Assembly: GCF_009914755.1 (NCBI RefSeq)
Contig: NC_060926.1
Reading direction: 5' to 3' (one strand)
DNA length: 64,000 bases
Source: the human T2T-CHM13v2.0 reference genome, Homo sapiens
Positions 48,427 to 64,000 of this stretch are shown in pieces. A program made the translations under genes and the position numbers. The stretch's first letter is position 1; each line of letters begins with the position of its first letter. Below the pieces are notes generated by a model that did not search any database, was not told the origin of the DNA, and worked only from the letters and a program-made list of their open reading frames with translations.

Positions 48427-48573
48427 TGATCTGCCCGCCTCAGCCTCCCAAAGTGCTGGAATTATAGGCATGAGTCACCACGCCCGGCCACGCCTGGCTA
48501 ATTTTTGTATTTTTAGTAGAGATGGGGTTTCACCATGTTGGCCAGGCTGGTTGGAACTCCTGGCCTCAAGTAA

Positions 48574-48864
<291 letters not shown>

Positions 48865-49046
48865 TGATCCGCCTGTCTCAGCCTCCCAAAGTGCTGGGAT
48901 TACAGGCGTGAGCCACCGTGCCCGGCCCTCGGCGGAGTATTCCTTTTAAAAGCTACAAAAATAAAACAGTTCCAAGAAAATATTAGGAAAATTTTAAAAG
49001 AGAAATTATTGTAGACAAAAGAAGGAAATAATTTAAAGCAAATTTA

Positions 49047-49370
<324 letters not shown>

Positions 49371-49834
49371 TTACCTGATTTGGAAAACACCATAAAGCAG
49401 ATGAAATTCAAGTACAGTCTAAAACAGACTTAGAAGAGATTTTAATTTTTCTTCTTTTAGTAAAGTGGGGGTCTTGCTATATTGCCCAGGCTGGTCTTGA
49501 ATTCATGGCCTGAAGCGATCCTGCTGCCTCAGCCCCCAAAGCTCTGGGATTACAGGCATAAGCCACTGTGCCCAGCTTTCATTTACTATTATCACTACTG
49601 GGACTTCATCAAGGGTACCAATTTAATATTAAGTATATTAAAACTAAGAGATTTCCATAACTGGAAATAACAAGTTAGAATCAGGATAGATATTTCATTC
49701 ACAAGAGCAGCAAAAAAATAATATTCACAAGAATTTGACAGAATAATTATAAATTCTAAATTTCTTCTGGAAGAATAAATACAAAACTGAAGAAACAAAG
49801 GGAGGCCACCAGATAGATCACAAAGCTAAATTAG

Positions 49835-50062
<228 letters not shown>

Positions 50063-50366
50063 TAGTAGAGACTGGGTTTCACCATGTTGGCCAGGCTGGT
50101 CTCAAAACTCCTAACGTCAAGCAATCCACCTGTCTTGGCCTCCCAAAGTGCTGGGATTATAGGTGTGAGCCACAGCACCTGGCCTGTAATTTTATTTTTG
50201 AAAACACTGGTTCAATTGAAACAAAATACCTTATCCCACGATTGCCTTTACAAGGTGAATGAATGTGTCTTCTTTGTTTAAGGTCAAGATCCAAAGCTTT
50301 GGACAGTGTACTGTACTGTTCACCAGCTGACACTCAAAGGAAGATGCAGTTTTGAAGTTCACTTAC

Positions 50367-50529
50367 CAACTTTGAGAAAAGTTTTTAGTTCCAAGGGTCG
50401 CAGCACTGGTTGTTTTTCTATACGACCGTAGGTTTCTGCTATGCTTTCTACTTCCACTTTAGGGCATTTAAATAGCTCATAAGTCCCATCTCGGTTCTGG
50501 ATAAAGCTACGGGTGATTTCCAAGGGCAT
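50367..50529 (-). CDS. C2orf42: Penultimate coding exon, 163 bp, phase 0-1 ([54 protein letters not shown])
   Basis: Acceptor gtgtccAG|ATG, donor GTTG|GTAAGT. Lies within track ORF 50359..50670. Confidence 0.9.
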
Positions 50530-51475
50530 CTGGACACCAAGACAATACCAAAAAAAGGTGAGAGAGAAAACTTTCAAAACAGACCAATACCTGGATGACG
50601 ACAAATCTTTTATTATTCCTTCTTTCTTGTTAAGTATATTCAAATGAATTACAACTTCCCTGTTTTTCAAGAAAATCCTGTCAACAAATCTGCCTTTTCT
50701 CCCTTACATCATTCATGGCTTTCCTTTTTTCTCTAAAATCTTAAATTTCCACCCCAGCCAAACTATATACCAATTGAGCCTCTAACATCTTCATGGGTAC
50801 ATGACTGCTGCTGGCACAGACCTGCTCTAAAATCAGTTTCATTCCTTCCCCTACTGCTCTGCTAGCAGCATTCTTCTCTTAAATTCCTTTGTTCATAGCA
50901 CCTGCAGCTCACCTCACATCCTGTATGCTTCATACTGTCCTTGGGACTGAGCCAAGCAGAACTGGAACTGGATGCTGTGGTGACCCAGAGCAAATTACAA
51001 ACTTCTCAGAGCCTGTTTTCTCACGGGCAAAATGCAGTTAATGCCAGGGCATGGCTGGGAGGTCAAATGAGGTGACGGAGGTAAGTAATGCCTGACAGTG
51101 AGAAGCTCCATGATGGTTAGCTCTATTCTCCCACATGCCTGCACCCTGAGTTGCTTCAGTGTCTCCCTAAATGTCATCCATTCCAGGCTAAAAACTGCCT
51201 CTGTGCCATGTGCATTTAAAGGAGTTCCTCAAGTGTTTTTAATGCCAACACAGCCCTTTTCTAGGGTTCACATGTATTTACTTTTTTTAAGAGGCAAGGT
51301 CGCTAGGAGTGGTGGCTCACGCCTGTAATCCCAGAACTTTGGGAGGCTGAGGTAGGCGGATCACCTGAGGTCGGGAGTTTGAGACCAGCCTGACCAACAT
51401 GGAGAAACCTCATCTCTACTAAAAATACAAAATTAGCCAGGCGTGGTGGCAGACGCCTGTAATCCCAGCTACTCA

Positions 51476-51580
<105 letters not shown>

Positions 51581-51688
51581 TCAAAAAAAAAAAAAAAAAA
51601 AGAGTCAAGGTCTCACTTGGTTGCCCCTGCTGGAGTACAGTGGCACAATCATGGCTCACTGTAGCCTCCAACTCCCAGGCTCAAGTGA

Positions 51689-52209
<521 letters not shown>

Positions 52210-52576
52210 TGAAAGCCTGTCTCTACTAAAAATACAAATTAGCTGGGCAGGATGGTGCGCTTGTAATCCCAGCTACTCGGGAGGCTGAGGTGGGAGAATT
52301 GCTTGAACCTGGGAGGCAGAGGCTGCAGTGAGCCAAGATTGTGCCCTGCATTCCAGCCTAGACAACAGAGTGAGACTCTGTCTCAAACAAAAAAAAAATA
52401 GTAGGGGCCTCGCTGTGTTGCCTAGGCTGGTCTTGAACTCCTGGCCTCAAGCAATCCTTCATCTCAGCCTCCTAAATCGCTGGTATTATAGCCACCATGC
52501 CTGGCTCACATGTAAATTCTGTAGCTATCAAACAACTTATTTTTTTTTCCTGAACAGAAGAATGCCTTGCAATTAA

Positions 52577-52922
<346 letters not shown>

Positions 52923-52978
52923 TAATTCTATTACTGTAGGAAAAAAAACTCCATCTCAGATTTTCAGGATCTACTTGA

Positions 52979-53167
<189 letters not shown>

Positions 53168-54156
53168 TAGTAGAGACGGGGTTTCACTGTGTTAGCCAGG
53201 ATGGTCTCGATCTCCTGACCTCGTGATCCACCCGCCTCGGCCTCCCAAAGTGCTGTGATTACAGGCGTGAGCCACCGCACCCAGCCCGAAAAACATTTTA
53301 AAATGTGTAAGACAGGCACAGGGGCTCACGCCTGTAATCCATGCACTTTGGGAAGCCAAGGTGGGCGGATCACTTGAGATCAGGAGCTTGAGACCAGCCT
53401 GGCCAACATGGCAAAACCCTGTCTCTACTAAAAATACAAAAATTAGCCAGGCATGATGGTGCGTGCCTATAGTCCCAGCTACTCAGGAGGTTGAGGCATG
53501 AGAACTGCTTGAACCTGGGAGGTGGAGGTTACAGTGAGCCGAGATCGTGCCACTGCACTGCAGCCTGGGCAACAGAGCAAGAGACTCTGTCTCCAAAAAA
53601 TAAAAATAAAAACATAAAATGTCTAGTGTGGCTGGAAGAGGCAGATTACACCTGTAATCACAGTACTTTGGGAGGCCAAGATGGGAGGACTGCTTGAACC
53701 CAGGAATTTGAGACCAGCCTGGGCAACATAGCAAGACCCTATCTTAAATTTTTTTTTTTTTTTAATTAATAGGGTGGGCCTGGTGGCTCATGCCTGTAAT
53801 CCCAGCACTTTGGGAGACTGCGGCAGACAGATTGCTCGAGTCCAGGAATTTGAGACCAGCCTGGGCAACATGGGGAAACCCCATCTCTACAAAAATTAGC
53901 TGGGCATGGTGGCATATGCCTGTAGTCCAAGCTACTCAGGAGGCTGAGGTGGGAGGATCACTTGATCCCAAGAGGTGGAGGTAGAGTGAGCCGTGACTGC
54001 ACCACTGTACTCCAGACTAGGCAACAGAGTAAGACTCTGTCCCAAAAAAACCAAAATTCAAAAAAAAAAGACCAAAAAAAAATTTTTTTTAAAGGGTCAT
54101 TTCTCGGGCAGGCACAGTGGCTCATGCCTTGTAATCCCAGCAGTTTGGGAGGATCA

Positions 54157-54484
<328 letters not shown>

Positions 54485-54833
54485 TCATCTCAAATTATTT
54501 ATATACTTTCTAGCTGCCTGCCAGTCAAATCTAGGACTCATCATAAGTATTAGGGGATCATTATTTAATTTATAAGAAAAATTATGTTTTTTTAATCCCA
54601 AAGGCAAAGGAAAAGTATATTCCAATTTAAGATACTTTTTTCAAGCCATAGGGAACACACATTAAAATTGGAGTCAGAACTATAAAGCCAGGGATATTTC
54701 TGAATATCTCTTAGCATGAAAAAAAGAAACTCTGGTGTCTGTAACTCAAGGAACCAGTGCAAATATAGTCCCTGTACTTGCCTCCCTCTCTTCCCTTCAC
54801 AACCCTCCCACTGTTATAGAAATAAACTCTCAC

Positions 54834-54934
54834 CTCTGGGGTATCTAAGATTTGTTTAACTTGCAGGATATTAGTGATATGCCAAGTATACTTGGAAAAG
54901 GTTCCCAGTGGCAAGGCATCTTTCCGAACAAAAG
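54834..54934 (-). CDS. C2orf42: Internal coding exon, 101 bp, phase 1-0 ([34 protein letters not shown])
   Basis: Acceptor ttttttcacgttgaAG, donor GAG|GTGAGA. Lies within track ORF 54711..54980; 335-bp intron to the previous exon. Confidence 0.88.
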
Positions 54935-55269
54935 CTTCAACGTGAAAAAAGGACAAAATTAGATTACCAAAAAATAACATTTTCTTTTGTTGTATTTGTT
55001 ACCTAGTTTCTAATACAGTACTATTATTTCCTTATAGATTCTCAGCACTTTTAAAAAGAAATTCTAGAGGCAAATATATAAAAGGTTTTGGTGACAAATC
55101 AGTTGATGTAGATAATTGATATGCTGATCATTGAAGGCTTTGTGCTCCAGACATGTGAGTAGAAGTCCTAACTCTGAATACTCACGGTGAATATTCCACA
55201 CAGATTTTTTCCAAACATAATTCTCTATGTTCGAGACATCCATCACTATACCAAAGGGAAATCCTGTAC

Positions 55270-55377
55270 CTGTGGTGGAGTTGGGGAGCCGTTTTTTTGC
55301 ACTTCCTATAGATATTCTTTGTTGCAGGGCATCAAAAAATGACTGAGGAATGTGGAACACCAATGGTTCTGGTTTGC
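55270..55377 (-). CDS. C2orf42: Internal coding exon, 108 bp, phase 1-1 ([36 protein letters not shown])
   Basis: Acceptor cttgtttcccatAG, donor ACAG|GTACAG. Lies within track ORF 55064..55405; frame is continuous with both neighbours. Confidence 0.9.
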
Positions 55378-55527
55378 CTATGGGAAACAAGAAGAAACAA
55401 CTCATTTAAAGAAACTCAGTGGACTTTCTGATGTACAGGGAGAGGTGAAAGAAAAGGAATCAAGGGACGGTAATAACTAAAAATACCACTGAGATTTCTT
55501 TATACAGAGGCAAAAAGAAGGCTTTGA

Positions 55528-55911
<384 letters not shown>

Positions 55912-55944
55912 TGAGCCACCGTGCCTGGCCAAAATTTTTTTTTA

Positions 55945-56268
<324 letters not shown>

Positions 56269-56311
56269 TTAGCTGGGCATGGTGGTGTGTGCCTGTAATT
56301 CCAGCTACTCA

Positions 56312-56467
<156 letters not shown>

Positions 56468-56912
56468 TCATCCACCAAGTATAACATTTCAAATCCGCAA
56501 ATTTTAAAAAGACCAACACAGCACAGACTTTCCCCCTTAAAGGGTATGCGAAGTAAGATGGGATGAGAACAATGAGGCCGAGGTGGCTGCCTCCACTTGA
56601 TTCCCTTTTGCTCGCTATCCCCAGGTTCTTGCTATTTGCATTCATGTCTAAGCAAACTAATGACATGCTCTCTCACCCGATGGTCAGCACCATGAATGCT
56701 GAGGGACTACAAGTTAGGACACTGCTTACCCAGCAAGCATCTGTCTTTCTCTCTGAATATGACCTCAAGGCAGGTAAAATACTTGAAAGTACTTAACCAA
56801 CCTCTTAAAGAACCTTGCGGCCAGGCACAGTGGCTCACACCTGTAATCCCAGCCCTTTGGGAGGATGAGGCAGGTGGATCACCAGGTCAGGAAATTGAGA
56901 CCATCCTGGCTA

Positions 56913-57132
<220 letters not shown>

Positions 57133-57263
57133 TTAGGTCAACAAAAAGAGTTAAGGGGAGGGGGTCAAGTGAGTTCAGTCTTTCTTAAAAATTCTGTCCA
57201 GACCAGGTGTGGTGGCTCACACCTGTAATTCCAACACTTTGGGAGGCCTAGGCAGGCGGATCA

Positions 57264-57968
<705 letters not shown>

Positions 57969-58066
57969 CTACCTCAGCCTCCTGAGTAGTTGGGACTACA
58001 GGCCTCTGCCACCATGCCCAGCTATAGGATCCTTTTTTTTTTTTTTTGAGATGGAGTCTCACTTAG

Positions 58067-58210
<144 letters not shown>

Positions 58211-58404
58211 TAGTAGAGATGGGGTTTCACTGTGTTAGCCAGGATGGTCTCAATCTTCTGACCTCGTGATCCGCCCGCCTCAGCCTCCCAAAGTGCTGGG
58301 ATTACAGGCATGAGCCACCGCACCCGGCTGCTAATAGGATACTTTTAAGGCAACAAGCAGAGACTGGCTAGATCTGAAACTGGTGACGTTCCATGAGACT
58401 ATAA

Positions 58405-58635
<231 letters not shown>

Positions 58636-58988
58636 TAGTAGAGATAGGGTTTCGCCATGTTGGCCAGGCTTGTCTTGAACTCCTGACCTCAAGTGATCCG
58701 CCCACCTCGGCCTCCCAAAGTGTCGGATTACAGGTGAGAGTCACCATGCCCGGCCAGTATGTTTAGTAATTCTATATAACTATCTTAGTCTCATGTGTTT
58801 AGATTTTCAATTTTTCTTTTTTCCATACAGGGTCTCGCTTCGTTTCCCAGGCTGGAGTGCAATGGCACTATTTTTTGTAGAGATGGGGTTCACTATGTTG
58901 TGCAGGCTTAGATTTTCTCTAATCTTTTTTCCCCTTGCTTTAAGTTTGAGAGTTAGAATAGTCTCATAAAGCTTCAGTATCTCCCTCA

Positions 58989-58989
<1 letters not shown>

Positions 58990-59023
<34 letters not shown>
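58990..59023 (+). repeat. (CA)n microsatellite
   Basis: Perfect CA run about 280 bp from the 59299 donor. Confidence 0.95.
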
Positions 59024-59028
<5 letters not shown>

Positions 59029-59298
59029 ACACGAACTTATGCAAGCAATAAGACTACCTGCCTTTACTTATTATTTGCTATGTTTTTTCTCTTCTGTCTC
59101 TAAATTATAATAATTTTGCTGCGCCTGAATTTTAACTATGTGATTGTTTTTTTCTTTCAATTAGATTTCTACTTTCTTGTGGCCCAGTGCTCTCTGGACT
59201 GAAGTCCAATTACTTTTCCTATCAGAGGAGAATTACAGCACAATTACCTTAATTTCTCCTACTTTCAGCAAGAGCCCAGTTAGATGAACAATACTTAC

Positions 59299-59403
59299 CA
59301 TCAAACTGATAGTGCATGGTTTGATGGATGCGTTCTGTGACACTGGCCAGCCAGTCTTGGAAGGATAAAGTCACTTGTGCCTCATCTAACAGCTGACCAC
59401 AGG
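59299..59403 (-). CDS. C2orf42: Internal coding exon, 105 bp, phase 1-1 (..[35 protein letters not shown]); upstream exons lie beyond the window
   Basis: Minus strand ttttttccctAG|CCTGTGG...TTTGATG|GTAAGT. Open frame joins the next exon (G+GC = Gly, then KPEPL). Not in the ORF track; read manually. Gene name is from recall of the protein. Confidence 0.88.
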
Positions 59404-59979
59404 CTAGGGAAAAAAAAACCACACATACACACTTCTTTAGTAACTTTTCTTACAAAATAAACAGCTAATTGAAGTTTGAAAAAGTTAACAAGTTTTTTTA
59501 TTTTTATTTTATTTTTTTGAGACAGAGGTTCGCCCTTGTTGCCCAGGCTGGAGTGCAGTGCACAATCTCAGCTCACTGCAATCTCTGCCTCCTGCGTTCA
59601 AGCGATTCTCCTGCCTCAGCCTCCTGAGTAGCTGGGATTACAGGCACCCGCCACCACACCCGGCTAATTGTTGTATTTTTAGTAGAGATGGGGTTTCATC
59701 ATGTTGGCCAGGCTGGTCTCCAACTCCTGACCTCAGGTGATCCACCTGCCTCGGCCTCCCAAAGTGTAGGGATTACAGGCGTGAGCCACCGCGCCCGGCC
59801 TGTTTTTTATTTATTGACAAGGCTTTGTCATGTTGCCCAGCTGGCTTCGAACTCCTAGGCTCAAGCAATCCACCTGCCTCAGCCTTCTGAAGTCCTGGGA
59901 GAAGTGTTAATAAGTTTGTCCAGAAAAAAAAAAAAAAAACTTGAAGCTGAACTTCAAAGAAAGCAAATAAACTAAGTGA

Positions 59980-60315
<336 letters not shown>

Positions 60316-60350
60316 TGAAACCCCCGTCTCTACTAAAAATACAAAAATTA

Positions 60351-60572
<222 letters not shown>

Positions 60573-60669
60573 TTAGGCTGGGCTTGGTGGCTCACGCCTG
60601 TAATCCCAGCACTTTGGGAGGCCGAGGCGGGTGGATCATGAGGTCAGGAGATCGAGACCATCCTGGCTA

Positions 60670-61014
<345 letters not shown>

Positions 61015-61252
61015 TCAAGTAAAAATAAATAAGTAAATAAATAAAAATAATGGCTGTTTTAGAGGTTTATAAATTAGTTTTATTCCTGATGAACATGTAT
61101 CCATATGCCCCAGACCCTCTCAATAATGAACATATTCTTTCATGCCAAGGTTGACCACAAATAGATGACTGAGTGATGCACGCACTGTGGGTTGCAATGA
61201 TAATACCTTTAGACTTAAAACCTAAAACCTTGTATTCAGAAATGTAAAATGA

Positions 61253-61417
<165 letters not shown>

Positions 61418-61669
61418 TAATTTTTGTATTTTTAGTACAGATGGGGTTTTGACATCTTGGTCAGGCTGGTCTTGAACTCCTCACCTCGTGATCCAACCAC
61501 CTCGGCCTCCCAAAGTGCTGGCATTACAGGCATGAGCCACTGCACCCAGCCAAATTCACTCTTAAATATAAGTGAAAGAGTGAAATCTTGCAGCCCTGGA
61601 GTAAATAACTGGAAAAAACAGTAACGAGTGATGGAATTTAATGGAGCCAGAGTTTAGAGGTCGGAGTCA

Positions 61670-62084
<415 letters not shown>

Positions 62085-62109
62085 TCAAGAGCCTTCCACA
62101 GATCTATCA

Positions 62110-62411
<302 letters not shown>

Positions 62412-62685
62412 TCAAAGAAAAACACAACAAAAAAATACCGCCAACAACAAAATATCTTCACGTGTCTGAAGTACAGTATCACCTTTTGTAGAGATAATGC
62501 CTCAATGACTATTCATTTAAAACTAAGATTATCAGAGGTAAAGGCATACAGTGACAATTTAGATTGAAGCTACCTTCCTTTTTCTTTGCACCAAAGGAAG
62601 TGACAAAAAATTATTAAAAATCAGCCAAGCACAGTGGCTAATTGCTATAATCCCAGCACTTTGGGAGGCCAAGGCAGGCGGATCA

Positions 62686-62931
<246 letters not shown>

Positions 62932-62974
62932 CTATTTGATGCTGTTGATCTGCTTACTTTGTGACTTTCCTTAA

Positions 62975-63331
<357 letters not shown>

Positions 63332-64000
63332 TAATGAATTACTTAATTAGTATTGTTTTATATTATTCTTTTTTTTCTTTATTTTAGACAAGATTTCATC
63401 CTGTTACCCGTGCAGTGGTGCAATCATGACTCACTGCAGCCTCGACATCCCAGGGTCAAGCAATCTTCTCACCTCAGCCTCCTAAGTAGCTGAGTTTACA
63501 GGCATGTGACACAACACCCAGCTAATTTTTTTTTGTTTTTTGTGTTTTTTTTGGTAGAGATGGAGTCTCACTACTCCTACCTCGGCCTCCCAAAGTGCTG
63601 GGATTATAGGCGTGAGCCACCACACCCAGTCACATAAAACGCCTTTTTCCTTCAACTTTGAATCTCTATACCAATTGCACATGAGTAATAAGCAATAAGA
63701 TGAACACATCCTGCAAGACACCTGCTGCTAAACATGTCAGAATTTTTTTGTTTAAAGACATAATTTAGGCCAGTCGTGGTGGCTCACACCTGTAATCTCA
63801 GTACTTTGTGAGGCTGAGGTGAGCAGATCACTTGGGGTCAGGAGTTTGAGACCAGCCTGGACAACATGGTGAAACCCCATCTCTACTAAAAATACAAAAA
63901 TTAGCCGGGCATGGTGGCGTGCACCTGTAATTCCAGCTACTTGGGAGGCTAAAACAGGAGAATCGCTTGAACCCAGAGGCGGAGGTTGCAGTGACCAAGA

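Noticed and set aside
50359-50670. Track ORFs 50359..50670, 54711..54980, 55064..55405 and 40098..40370 as standalone genes
   Set aside because: Each contains one real exon plus intronic read-through; splice sites define the true boundaries.

Overview
Primate (almost certainly human) genomic DNA, extremely Alu-dense, with no prokaryotic features. The only protein-coding content is the last five coding exons of a minus-strand gene: 59299-59403, 55270-55377, 54834-54934, 50367-50529 and 40098-40306. All four introns are GT-AG and in frame, and the exons give about 228 C-terminal residues ending ...[13 protein letters not shown] recognise this from memory as C2orf42, which would place the window on human 2p13.3; that assignment was not checked by a search. 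A solo LTR12C-type ERV9 LTR with a 4-bp TSD sits about 120 bp beyond the gene's poly(A) signal in convergent orientation. There are two GC-rich promoter-like regions: about 13.8-15.2 kb, a probable spliced minus-strand lncRNA (likely LINC01816), and about 31.7-32.7 kb, a CpG island with CRE/ATF-type sites and no obvious coding gene. Nearly all ORFs in the supplied track are Alu or LTR artefacts. I found no convincing new gene system. The most unusual signals are rearrangement scars: a 163-bp inverted templated insertion inside an Alu, a fold-back tandem duplication, an ~0.9-kb local duplication, three microhomology fusions of inverted Alus, and an L1-retroposed polyadenylated MER41 3' end nested in an Alu.
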